Shown: piece after piece, positions 49,991 to 62,989 of the stretch
How the letters are laid out: every line of letters starts with the position of its first letter
How positions within the stretch are numbered: the stretch's first letter is position 1
Translations under genes and position numbers: made by a program
The notes under the pieces: model-generated
Seen by the model: the letters and a program-made list of their open reading frames with translations, nothing else
Told to the model about the DNA's origin: nothing
The model's database searches: none
DNA from: Heptranchias perlo
Lineage: Eukaryota
Direction of reading: 5' to 3'
NCBI RefSeq assembly: GCF_035084215.1
Contig: NC_090340.1
Coordinates: 15,004,001 to 15,068,000 of the forward strand
DNA: 64,000 nucleotides

Positions 49991-52900
49991 CTGACTCGGA
50001 TGCAAGAGTGCTACCAATGAGCCTCCATGGAGACCTAACATCACTCTTGTTGAATATTGTATCCTCAAACTTACTTTAATCACCACCATGGGAGATCCAA
50101 ATATTAGCAAATTTGCAATGGCGAGAAAGAGGTTCTACAGCTGTGTACCAAGGTGGGTTTCTAGGATTTGTAAGTGGAAGCAGTGCACAACTCGACTGAA
50201 ATAATTTGGAAACCTGTTTAGAAGGAACAGAATTTAAGAATATGGGTACTCGTTCCCAGCAGAACCTTAACTCTCATCCTGGTTATATCGATGGTGTGAT
50301 CTTAATCTTCAGCTCCTCAAGTCCAAGAGGCGCACACTTGATTGCATCTTGCAAACAAGTGGCGCAGCCATTTAATGCCAAATCTCGCTGGACCAAATGA
50401 AGCTTTGCAGAGTATAACTGCCCACTGCCACAACTGCCCACTACACTTGAATCGTCCTGGAGAGCAAAAGTCACCTATTGTTTCTTTCCTCTTCTACCAA
50501 CGACCGGCTGAAACCCTACTCCCGTAACGACAAGTTCAAAGAAATCATGGATGCATTTGATATCAAATAGAGACCATCCACTCTACTGCATCTCCATTCC
50601 ACTTTCGTGCCAAACCAAACCTATCCTCCACGCCATTCCATATCTATGAGTCCTGTTTCTCTGGAGCTTCTCTCCTTTCTTCCCTCATGCACTCTCTATG
50701 CTCATCTCATTCACACGAAACAATTCCTGCTCCATAGAACCTATTCGCACCATACCGTTGCCCACCTAACTTCCCTGTCAGGCGGTCATGAGAGCTAACA
50801 TTGTAACTGTCTCACTCTCCAAAGGGATTGTCCATCTTCGTTTGGAAACCGCTGTCATCAACCCCTCTCAAAAAATTTACCCTCGACCCCGCTCTCCTTG
50901 CAAACTACCACCCCTTCTCCAACCTCCCTGTCCTCCCTTAAAATCTCTTAGATATGTGCCCATCACCCCGTCTTAAACCTTCCATATCTCCAGCTGTCAC
51001 TTCTCCTTTACAAACCTCCTTCGAATCTGGTCTTTCAGAAAGCTTTAGGTGCTAATATCTCCTTTATTGGCTTTAACTCCTCCATTGTACTTGCCGCTCT
51101 GTGAACCACCTTTTTTCGTATTTCCACGTTAAAGGCACAATGTAAGTGCAAATTGAAGTTTTTATTGTTGCTGGGTTTTGTGGTTGAGGTGAGGTGGTGT
51201 GGGGGGTGTGGGGGTGCTGTTTTCTATTATTGCTTTCTCTATTGCCCATATCTGAGAAATGCCATCAGGGAACTTCAACGGAGATTGGCAATCTGAACCA
51301 ATCTGAGAAGCATGACGTGTTAATTTGTGGAGTGCTGGTATAATGCGAAGCTTTATCTACATTGTTTAAGTCTGGTGCGCCTGGATAGGGGCAATACGTG
51401 AGACTTTTAATTCCATAGATTTTTTAATGTTCTTCTCTAGATCTTCTTTGAAGCGGATGCTCTTCAAACGGTGATAAAGCCTGCATTGGGCAGGAAGTCG
51501 AATGGGAAGAATGTTACCTTTTACTGTTCTTAACTCGTTCTTCCGTCATGAGTGTTTTACTTGCAACTCATTCGGCGGCCAATTTATGTTTAACTAAGTA
51601 ACATAACCACTATAAAGCCAATTTGCACGATTTTAATGTGGCAACCATTAATGCACTGAATTAATTTTGGACAGAATCCGAGCGCTGATAACAGGACAAT
51701 AAAATTGCAGGTAAAGCCAGATTTCAAGGACACATCTGCAGCTTTATAATAGGATTCTACGCTGTGTGTTTTTTCAACATCGGAAAGTTAAAGAAATATA
51801 AAAATGAACAGTTGATAACAAGGAAGCTCACGGTTTGCCACGTCTACTCTCTGCCCATGGAACGACGTTATAATGAAGGGTTTCCGACACCAGCATCAAC
51901 ACCCAGTCGCATGACAACGCACAAAATCACGTGATCACTGATCTTTCAGCTTGTATATTTCTCATTTCGGATTGGTGTCAAGTCTTCTGAGGTATAAGAC
52001 ATTACAAAGCACAGCATCAGTCTAAAATCACCTGACATGTTCAAGGAATTGTGAACTTTTAGTTAACAGTCTGCATACAGGAAACTGCCGTATTAATCAG
52101 TCCTTTTCTAACCAACGTTTTTCAGTAAATATTGCTGCTTATTATTCACAGGCTGATTATGAACGACCTATGATAGTCCCTATTTTGTATTGATTTGGCA
52201 TGTCAAGTATATTTTAGGTCACGTTAAAGTAGTGGGCAGAAAATGGCCAGTGTCCGCATCAACGTCTTGCGAAATTCACCTGAGAAGATCGCACTCGCAC
52301 CTCCATTCCTGCATCTTAATCATCAGGAAACAACACTGACTGCACGAATTTTAGTAAATTCTGCACTTGGAAAGCAAATATTTAACCTTACTCTTTGCTG
52401 CCCGTGAGACATGTGAGTCCAATAGCCGAATAAGTGCAGAAATTTGCATATCGCACTGAACAAACGAATCATCTGTTCTAAAGCCGCAGTTTCAGGAGGT
52501 CAAACGACAATGCGATGCATCTCATGAAAAACAAAGCACAAACCATTCTAAACAATGGCAAGCTCGTAATTAGTGCAGTGCGTCAGTTTAATCTGTTGCT
52601 CAGAATGTCGGCCAGTATGGTGTTTCTGTCCTTGACGCTCCGGGGGATTATTTGCACAGGTACCTCTTTATTCACAAGAACAGCTACTTCAATTTATAAA
52701 AAGATTCCGAAGTCGTTTCCACATAAATGCAATGATCGTAATTCCTCTATCTAGATTCATTTTCTCTCTCTTCCAACTCCATGTCGTATCTAATGCAATT
52801 AACACGGACTTGACTATATTTTCTGACAGCTGCGGAACACAATTCGTTCAGAGTGACTCAAGCGCCCAAACGGGCAATTGTATCCAAAGGGGGAGACATC

Positions 52901-53832
52901 ACCTTCTACTGCACATTCTCCATCTCTCAAGCCCAGTCCCAAGACTCTGGAGTCTATCACTGCGCAGTGATCCGAGAGGGAACAGTTGGAGCAAATGGAA
53001 CCGGATCATATCTAATTGTGCATGGTAAGTGTGAAACACCGGAGAGCGGGACTGTCGCAAACCTATCAAACATAACAAACGGGAATGTTTTGTGATTGCT
53101 TTATTGTACGGTTTGTGGCAGTATAAACATTTCTGCGAACACATTTCGCGAGAAATTTAAGTTGCAGGTTCGCGTTCTCTATATACAACTGCCAATTAGA
53201 GAGTAAAATATTACCCTTCACATGCAGAGTACAGCAAAATGTATCAATATTAAGCAGTTGGAAAAAAACTCCAAATAAATTTATACACCAGATATCTGAT
53301 AGCGGAGGTTCAGAACAAATTCCAAGCTTATAACTGAGTGAAAATTGTTTCTATTAACACGCTTGCCCCACCATATACACGGCTCTTAGCCCATTTTGGA
53401 TGCTCTGACTGCCCCCAGCGCGGTCTCTGGGGGGTTTAACATTCAATAAATTTTTTCTCACATCATGTTTGGCTCGTTAGCGTCACGGATTTGAAAGCCA
53501 GCGTGCAACTAACTATTGATTAACGGATTCACTCAACAAACTGGAGCTTGGAATTCACAACGTTGTCACCTCACTAACCCCCAATAAATACAATACGCCG
53601 GAACTGTATTGCTGCAACCTCCTGAGGTTCAACCGTATAGTTTATTTCACCAATTGTTATGCTTCAGCTGTGAGATCAGTCCAATACCGAGTAATGCCCT
53701 CCTTTTTTCATCGGCAATGTGGAGATTACTCGAATACTCGTCACTGTCTAACTGAGTAAAGAAAATGGAGGGAATGGGCGCGCCAACTTTCTCCCAGGGT
53801 TCATTTGTTTAATTCTTTGGACTCTGAAAATC

Positions 53833-53904
53833 GCAAACAGATATATTGTAGAATTTGCAAACAGATATATTGTAGAACTTGCAAACAGATATATTGTAGA
53901 ATTT
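53833..53904 (+). repeat. 3 x 24-bp tandem repeat
   Basis: gcaaacagatatattgtagaa(t/c)tt at 53833, 53857 and 53881. Confidence 0.95.
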
Positions 53905-54248
53905 GTATTGATAGTCATGAAGATAGTTCACCGGAAACGCATGGGAAATATCAACGAAAACATAAAATTCTTGTTTTAATGTATAATATTATTGAATCCG
54001 ATATGTTGTAAAATGGGGTTATATCGTCCGTAGCACAAATATTCTCAGTCAAACCTTATTTGCCTTCAACTTCCTCTATTTGACATATAACAAATATAAA
54101 CAGGAGTTTATCTTTTGTATCCCATTATATTTGCTCTCCTGCTTAGTATTAATACTTCTTCGGAATATTTTCCAATTTAAAATGGTATTATTCTTTACCA
54201 CTGCCGGCTTTCCCTGCATCAGGACCATTACCTGGCACTGCAGTGAAC

Positions 54249-55918
54249 TTTTTTTTAATTCGATCATGGGATGTGGGCGTTGCTGATAAGGACAGCCTTT
54301 ATTGCCCATCCCTAATTACCCTTAAGAAGGCGATGATGAGCCGCCGACTTGAACCGTTGCATTCCATGTGGTGAAGGTTCTCCCACAGTGCTGTTAGGTA
54401 GGGAGTTCCAGGATTTTGACCCAGCGGCGATGAAGGAATGGCGAGATATTTCCCAGTTGGGATGGTGTGTGACTTGGAGGGGAATGTGCAGGTGTTGTGT
54501 CCATGTGTCTGCTGCCCTTGTCCTTCTAGCTGGTAGAGGTCGCGGGTTTTGGAGGTGCTGACCAAGGTGACTTGGCGAGTTGCTGCAGTGCATCCTGTGG
54601 ATAGTACACACTGCAGCCACGGTGCGCCGATGGTGAACGGAGCGAATTTTTAGGGTGGTGGATGGGGTGCCAATCAAGCGGGCTGCTTTGTCCAGGATGG
54701 TGTCGAGCTTCTTGAGTGTTGTTGGAGCTGCACTCATCCAGGCAAGTGGAGAGTATTCCATCACACTCCTGACTTGTGCCTTGTAGATGGTGGAAAGACT
54801 TTGGGGAGTCAGGAGGTGAGTCACTCGCCGCAGAATACTCAGCCTCTGACCTGCTCTTGTAGCCACAGTATTTATATGGCTGGTCCAGTTAAGTTTCTAG
54901 TCAATGGTGACCCCCAGTATGTTGATGGTGGGGGATTCGGCGATGGAAATGCCATTGAATGTCAAGGGGAGGTGGTGATGGTCATTGCCTGGCACTTGTC
55001 TGGCACGAATGTTATGTGCCATTATCAGTCCAAGCCTGGATGTTGTCCAGTTCTTGCTGCATGCGGACACGGACTGCTTCATTATCTGAGCGGTTGTGAA
55101 TGGAACTGAACACGGTGCAATCATCAGCGAACATCCCCATTTCTGACCTTATGATGGAGGGAAGGTCATTGATGAAGCAGCTGAAGATGGTTGGGGCTAG
55201 GACACTGCCCTGAGGATCTCCTGTCGCAATGTCCTGGGACTGAGATGATTGTCCTCCAACAACCACTACGATATTCCTTTGTGCTAGGTATGACTCGAGG
55301 CACTGGAGAGTTTTCCCCCTGATTCACATTGACTTCAATTTTACTAGGGCTCCTTGGTGGCACACTCGAGCAAATGCTGCCTTGATGTCAACAGCCGTCA
55401 CTCTCATTTCACCTCTGGAATTCAGCTCTTTTTTCCATGTTTGGACCAAGGCCATAATGAGTGTGGAGCCGAGTGATCCTGGCAGATCCCAAAACAAGCA
55501 TCGGTGAGCAGGTTATTGCTGAATAAGTGCCACTTGATAGCACTCTCCATGGCACTTTCCAGCACTTTGCTGGTGATTGAGAGTAGACTGATGGGGCGGT
55601 AATTGGCCGGATGTGATTTATTCTGCTTTTTGTGGACAGGACACACCTGGGCAATTTTCCACGTTGTCGGGTTCATTCCCCCGTTGTAGCTGTGCTGGAA
55701 CAGCTTGGCTGGAGGCGCGGCTGGTTCTGGAGCACAAGACTTCAGCACTACAACCGGGATGTTGTGGGGCTCATAGCCTTTTATGTATCCAGTGTACTCA
55801 GCGATTTCTTGATATCACGTGCAGTGAATCGAATTGGCAGAAGACTGGCTTCTGTGATGGATATGTCGGGAGGAGGCTGAGATGGTTCACCCTCTCGGCA
55901 CTTCTGGTTGAAGATGAT
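54249..55918 (-). mobile_element. LINE (CR1/L2/Crack group) RT and 3' end, occupying the position of the copy C TM exon
   Basis: PANYRPISLLSITSKVLE, GDPQGSVLAPTIFSCFINDLP, MFADDCTVF. Left flank ~B 13300, right flank ~B 14380. Confidence 0.92.
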
Positions 55919-58831
55919 TAGTTGCTTAATTGCTCTCGGACTTCTCTCCTGTTGACAATTCTCAATCCGGACAGCACCCTCCACCTTGCAATAAAAAGTT
56001 ATAATTTGCAGCAAGTGATAAATCAACTGTGCTCTGACACACAGTCACTTTCCAACCCGTTACGTTGTGGATGCGTTATGACTTGGAATGAAAACGTGTG
56101 TGGCCCCGGCCCGGCAATGTTTTACACCGTTGTTAATCGCTGCAGGGGCAGGGATTCAAACACTGTCAGCATAATCTGAAATTGAATATTATGTTCGGCT
56201 TTGTACTGACTCTGGAAATTTCTTTGAAATCACTGAATGGAAACTGAGTAACTGTGTCAATCTTTCAATATCATTAAATTTCATTCGTTCCAGGTAAACA
56301 GGAACGTGTAATGGGACCGACCCGCCATGAAGAGCTGGTACGTTCATTCATTCATCTTCTACAGAGGGTTCAAATGCGAAGAAAGATTGCTATAATGGAG
56401 AGATATTATCACAATACTGCCAGAACAGTTTAAGTCTATTTACTAAAAGCATTTGCCCGGCCTTGGTGAATCATTCAAATCGTAGTTAGAAGCGTATTTA
56501 GCAACCGGTGCGTTGCTGGCAAAAAAGTTAGATAGCGGACAAGAAAACTGCTAGTTTCGTTTAAAATGTACTGAGTTAATAACCGTTTATCGAGTCATCT
56601 ATTGTCTGTATTGGAAAAAAATCCTTTATATTCAAAACTGCCGCTTATTTAAACATTTCTGTAACATATTGTTGTGGAGTGAATATTGACAGGTTTACAT
56701 ATTAGTTATCGTGACCACAGCACTCATCAGGTTTAATATTAGTACTTATGCCAATATATTATGCTTTGTGCACTTGATCTCTAGCCCAGCTCGTTTTGTT
56801 CAATGTTTTGTCAGCAGTACGTAAATTGGTGAAGGCAATGAACTAGCGACGTAACCAAATATTTGCTTTCTGGCCCATGCAGGGAGCAGAGGCTGATATC
56901 GTGCATTGTGCTGCATTAGATTTCAGCAAAGACATGAACATTCCAAGACGTAAAGATGAAGAGGAGCGGACCGTGTACGCTCAGGTAAGGCTGAGTAACA
57001 GATCAGAGAAACATGGATCATTACTGTAACACAAACATTCATGCGATAGTGGAATATTTAAGGTTGTGCTGACTTTGACCTTGTATTGTATCAAAAGCTA
57101 TTTGTGTATTATTCTGATGACTGCTTTGAGCAGCAGTCCACAAAACTTGCAATACGTCCAATCAACAATATTTCCAAACATTGGCTTTACAGAAATAAAG
57201 GGACAACTCGAGACAAGTTGGCGTAGGCAGCTCTAGCAGTGACTGGCTCAGTGAAAAGGGCGCAATGCAAAAATGACGAAAGAAGCACCGACTATGCCCA
57301 GCTACCATCGCAAAACCAAAGAAGAATAACAAAGGTTGTTTACTCCGAAGCAAGAACCAAATAGCGATAGAATTTTAGATGTCGAAGTCTATGTTTGATG
57401 TCTACTGATCGCTTTCCGCTGCGGTATCAACTAAGCGCGTTTGTATACCGTGAAATACCGTACCTCCGAGAGGTAACGCATTCGAGTGCAATATCAGAGA
57501 ATGCAGTCTCTCGTCTTTACTTACTGTTCAATTGCTTCCTGAATTTTCAATTAGCTGCTTTTAAGAGAAAACTAACTTTCCTGACATACTTTCATGTTAA
57601 ATCTGTATTATCTAACTAAACACAGATCTCTATTTCAATTACAATGACACGCTAATAGTCTTGGTGTACCTAATTATCATCATAGAAAAATTCAATAAAA
57701 CCAGATTATACACGATCTCTTATAAATCAACGATTCGTGCGGCTTTTTTGGGAGTAAAACTGCAAAACTTGTGCGTTAATTTATGTGTCATGTTACCGCG
57801 TTCTGACTTCCTGTCCAGGTAACGCTCCTGATATGGAAAGCAGGAATTTCCAGTGTATGGACTCGTCCATAAACCTACTGAACGTAGTTTCCAGTTATTT
57901 TATGTCCTCCAAACATCTGTTTACCCATGTGGCCACGTAGAATCATATAATCTTACAGAACAGAAGGAGTCCATGCGCCTGTTGTGGTCGTGCCTGCTCT
58001 TTGAAAGAGCTATCCAATTAGTCTCAAACCCTGCACTTCCCCAAAGCCCTGCAATGTTTTCCTTTTGAAGCATTTATCCAATTCCGTTTTGAAAGTTCCC
58101 ATTGGACCTGCTTCCCCCACTGTTGCCCTTACTTCTAAGATTCATTATCCTATGGTGTTACTTTGTCATTTTTGTCAATATCCATGCAAACGACATTTGC
58201 TGTATTTCCTATATTTAATCTCTCTGCTGTTTCTCCAAAGCATCCTAAACTGAAAGTCAAGCATGATCTGCGTTTTCGAAATCCGTGCTGACTTGCCTTG
58301 ATGAGCTCAGGTTTCTACAGGAACACAACAGTTTTATCCCGAATGACACAAGGCCTGGAAAATTCAAGGAAATATGCAACTGTTTACCTGCCATCATGTT
58401 TCAGTTTACTTCACATTCGATGTTCTTATCTAATAACAATTCATTACTTCAAAATGGAGTCGAAGTGCTGCAGATTATTTTGATAATTAGTTAACCGAAC
58501 AAGTGTCACATCTGTATAAAGGAATCAAAAGGTCAATTTGTGGGCGTTCTATCAGTACTGATAAAGTTCTGATAAAGTTTAAGCGATTAGCTGGGGGGTG
58601 GGGGGGGCGGCGGGGTATTAGACGGAAATGACATGGTTCAGTCACTCAGCTCGAAGCACCAACACTGATACTTCTAAATTTAACTCTGTTAATTGCAATA
58701 TACTGAAAATGTATCTAGTGTCGAATAGCGGCAGTTATTGCTCATCGCATGTTTCAGTATAATTATAACAACACTTGATGTTCACATTCAATTAAGATTT
58801 TATTTAACATTCGATTTTTCATTGCAGCTTC

Positions 58832-60835
58832 CATAAGAACATGAGAAATAGGAGCAGGAGTGGGCCACCCGGCCCCTCGAGACTTCTCCACCATTCAATT
58901 AAATCATGACACATATTCCACCTCAACTCCAATTTCCCGCCCGATCCCCACACCTCTTGATTCCCTTAGAATCCAAACATCTATCGATCTCAATCTTGAA
59001 TATACTAAACGACTGAGTGTCCACCGTCCCATGGGGAAGGGAATTCCAAATATTTACCACCCTCTGAGTGAAGAAACTCCTCCTCAACTCAGTCCTAAAT
59101 ATCCAACACCTTATCCTGATACTATGCACCCTAGTTCTGGACTCTCCAGCCAGGAGAAACATCTTTTCAGCCTCTACCCTGGCAATTCCTCTTAGAACCT
59201 TATATGCTTCAATGAGATTCCCTCTTATTCTCCTAAACTCCTGAGTATACAGGCCCATTCTACTCAATCTTTCCACATAGGACAACCCTGTTGTTGACCG
59301 GAGGTCACCGGTTACGGTTACTGGCTTAGTACAAAGAGGAGAAGTGTCAATTCTCTCTTAACTCTCAATTCGCTTTATTCACGCGGTTAGATCATATACA
59401 TACAGCTTATACATCTGGTTAGATATAGACATGCAGTTTGCACCAGGTTATAAAGTTTTATACCCAAACTAGGATCTAAACGCACACCCATTCGGTTTTC
59501 CTGACACAACCTGAGTGGTCACAGAATATAAAGGATAATACCCGAAAAGGAGAGCTGACGCTGGCCAGGCGTTCCGTTCTATCTCTCTCTCAATGTCGTC
59601 TCTACGTCCCTGACGTAGGTTCTTCCACTTCCACGATGGTTGGTCTCCGGAGCCTTCGCTCTCTCGCTTTCGAGGTTTCTCTGACACTCCCTGAGTGGTC
59701 ACAGAATATACGTCATCTCTACATCCCTGACGTAGGTTCTTTCGCTTCCTCGATGGTTGGTCTCTGGAGTCTTCGCTCTCTCTCTTTCGAGGTTTCTATG
59801 ACACTCCCTAAGTGGTCACATAATATACGTTGTCTCTATGTCCCTGACGTAGGTTCTTGCACTTCCGTGATGGTTGGTCTCCGGAGTCTTCGCTCTCTCT
59901 CTTTTGAGGTTGCTTTGACACTCCCTGAGTGGACACAGAATATATGTCGTCTCTATGTCCCTGACGTAGGTTCTTCCACTTCCGCGATGGTTGGTCTCCG
60001 GAGTCTTCGCTCTGGCTCCATGCCCCAGATTCTTCAATATTATTCCGAATCTTATCTCTTCAAGCTGTGCTGTCTCTCTCTTTTGTTGGTTTAGGCTTGC
60101 TCTCCTCATTGGCTCTGTCCCAAGGACTTAGGTAGCAATACCTCATTACCCCTTTTCTAAATAAGGACTTGTGTCTTATCACATCTCCTTTGTCTTTCAC
60201 ACAACTTAGTTAATTCAAACCGGTTCCAGCCAACACAGGCCAGCGACTGAACTCAGGTTACTTCAGTTCCAAATTTGCTCTTGCCTGTGTGTCAGCAGCT
60301 GATGTCTCAGGTTACTGCAGCCCCTGGCCAACACTGCCATCCCAGGAATCAATCTAGTGAACCTTCGTTGTACTGCCTCTAAGCCAAGTATATCCCTCCT
60401 CAGGGAAGGAGGCCAAAGCTACAAACTGTATTCCAGGTGTGGTCTCGCCAAAGCCATGTACAATTGCAACATGACTTCCTTACTCTTGTATTCCAATCCC
60501 CTTACAATTAAGGCCAACATACCACTTGCCTTCCTAATTGTTGACTAACTGCATGTTAACCTTCTGTGTTTCGTATACAAGGACACCCAAATCCCACTGA
60601 ACACCAACATTAAATAGTTTCTCACCATTTAAAAATATTCAGTTTTTCTATTCTTTCTACCAAAGTGAATAACCTCACATTTCCCCACATCGTGCTCCTT
60701 CTGCCACCTGCTTGCCCACTCACTTAACCTGTCCATATCACATTGCCGACTCTTCACGTCCTCCTGACAGTTTACTTTACCACCTAGCTTTGCATCATCA
60801 GCAAACTTGGATACATTACACTCGGTTCCTTCATC
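58832..60835 (-). mobile_element. CR1 LINE 3' part interrupted by a solo LTR
   Basis: MSYVERLSRMGLYTQEFRRIRGNLIE...FFTQRVVNIWNSLP; the sequence resumes at 60334. Confidence 0.9.
59292..60333 (-). mobile_element. Solo LTR, same family as 376-1122, with an internal 117-bp tandem repeat (~59595-60013)
   Basis: TGTTGACCGG...CTGGCCAACA; 4-bp TSD ctgt/ctgc (one mismatch); ccctgacgtagg at 59608, 59725, 59842 and 59959. Confidence 0.9.
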
Positions 60836-60899
60836 TACTACTTTCTTCCACTTTAGCCTTCACAGCTAAACAAAATTACTTTTGGCAAAACGTTTCCAA

Positions 60900-62750
60900 A
60901 CCTTTTTATCTACTAACGTTGTAGATCAAATTTCAATTGTTGTTAAAGCATTTGGCATTTATTTAAGATAATACTCATTCAAGTTGTCATTTGACCAAGC
61001 TCTCTACCCTCTGATGTCTGCTGGATGTATGCGTCCATCGGACAATCACTTTTCTGACTTCTGTGGGGATGATATTGGGTTCTGATAATGAACAAATTGA
61101 TCTATCAAGTGTGTGTTTACGTTTGCAATAACTACCAAATGTGTTCGATTTCAGGACAGCTCCAAAGATTTTTGTAAGAGTTCAGCGGTGGGCAATGGCT
61201 TTGGATCTGCTGAGGTGAACTGTCGTTTCTCCCAGATAGGTATATAATCAGTCAGTACCAAATGAGCAAACTGGCTGCTAGAGAAAATGGTCAGTGCTCC
61301 CCGACATCCATCCGGATGGCATAGGCCACTTTGACTAATTCAGCTTACTGTGCTGAATGGCCTCCAGTTAAATCTTTTAACGCATCTGACAGTAATAACT
61401 TCATGGGGGTTTGGGCGGTCATAAGTACGAATTTATCTAATCCAGTGACATAGGCAAATTTGTTAGTGGCCCAGTAGACAGTTAAAAGGTGTTTCTCACA
61501 AGCGATCAACACCAGTGTTTGAGAGGCATATACCACAGGCACCTGAACACCATGTCGTTCTTGGCCAAAGCTGACAACACCAAAATGTTGCTGATCGCTA
61601 CTTATTGCGGGTATGGTTCGCCAGCCTTTGGTGTTTAATTTTAATTCACTCGCTGTAATCACTACTAACAGTTCTTTCAACAAATTGTATTGAAAAATGG
61701 AGGGGAAATTGTGAAATTCCTGTCGTAAACATGTCCAGGTATACTCTTGCTCCTGTTGGATCAAAGGAAATGTATACTAGCACTGACTGGTCAATCTGTA
61801 CTGCTCGGTCTATCCTCCCACGCTCATTCTTGTGTTCTGCCCAACAGAGGGCGATCTTTAGCAATAGATCAAATTCTCTCAGTTTGAGTTGGGGCCGCAC
61901 TGCCAGGCCATTGACCTTTTATCCCTATCAGCAGCCCTCCTTGCGGAGAGCCTGCACCCACTTGCCACCAACACAAATTTCCATGTCCACTACCATATTG
62001 TTCCTTCCCTTCCAATCTGCTCATAAGATACCAACCTTCGCTTCCTGTCAAATTTGAGTTCACATTACTATGTGGCGAGTGTTTACATCCCCGACGTGAT
62101 TTCCTTCTCTACCATCATTCCCGTATCTCCTCCTCCTCCAAAGCCGCCTAGCTCTATTGTGTCTTGAAGTTCAAACTGATCGTCAAGTGCACCCATATCA
62201 TGGTATGCGACACGCCTGTATCAACAAGCAATATCTGTCCCTGACTTTCATGGGTGGTGCTGCGCTATTTATTCTTCCACACTGGGGTAGCGGTGGGGGG
62301 AGGTGTGGGGGAGAGAGAAAAAGTGCTGGGGAAGGGTAGGATCCAAATGATCTAAGCGTTTCTTCAAGAATTCTACCTCCAGTCTCAGAGTGTTTATCTC
62401 AGATTTCAATCTTTCCTCCAGCTCCTATATTTTCATTTGACAGTGGGTGTGATCGCCCACTCCTGATACACTGCACTGGTGGTCCAGGTTTTGATTTGGA
62501 ATTCCTCGTGGGGAACTACTTAACTCATCTACCTTTTTTTATCACATTTTATCCTGATTTTCCTGTAATTGTAGTTCGACATTCAATGCTACTAATTTTC
62601 TGGATCTACTTGCAATTTCGGTTTGAAGGTAATCTACCGATGCAGTCAATATCGTGTTGCAAGCAGTTGTATGAGCTAATTGATTTTTGAGCTCTAAATT
62701 TCGATCCATCAAATTTTTGTTGGGGTCTCCTTCGGTTTCTACTTGTTTCT
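60900..62750 (-). mobile_element. Heavily deleted retrovirus-like or Gypsy-superfamily gag-pol remnant
   Basis: RT-like EYTWTCLRQEFHNFPSIF; RNase H-like PVVYASQTL..ACEKHLLTVYWATNKFAYVTG; coiled-coil gag-like segment at ~62340-62470. Confidence 0.7.
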
Positions 62751-62989
62751 TAAGTTTTATAATTTGCTGTCGCTGACATAGGGATCAAGGGACATGGGGA
62801 AAAAGTGTGAACAGGTTACTGAGTTAGGCGATCAGCCATGATCATTTTGAATGATCATGGCTGAAGGGCTGAATGGACTACTTTTGCTCCTATTTTCTAT
62901 GTTTCTATAACACAACTCTAGCTTTCCAACTTCGCTTTTCACATGCTGTTCGTGGGTATGATCTTAACCAAATCTCTTACCTGTTCTAG

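Larger units (their letters stand above)
52605..57029 (+). pseudogene. Receptor copy C: leader 52605-52659, internally deleted V 52830-53024, C1 and TM exons absent, cytoplasmic exons 56294-56337 and 56883-57029 with ITIM-like and ITSM motifs
   Basis: All four remaining exons have GT-AG sites and no stops. V reads ITFYCTFSISQAQSQDSGVYHC...ANGTGSYLIV. The tail contains IVHCAAL and TVYAQV. Introns align to copies A and B. Confidence 0.82.

Noticed and set aside
59636-60094. 152-aa ORF with 39-aa repeats
   Set aside because: It is a by-product of the 117-bp tandem repeat inside an LTR.
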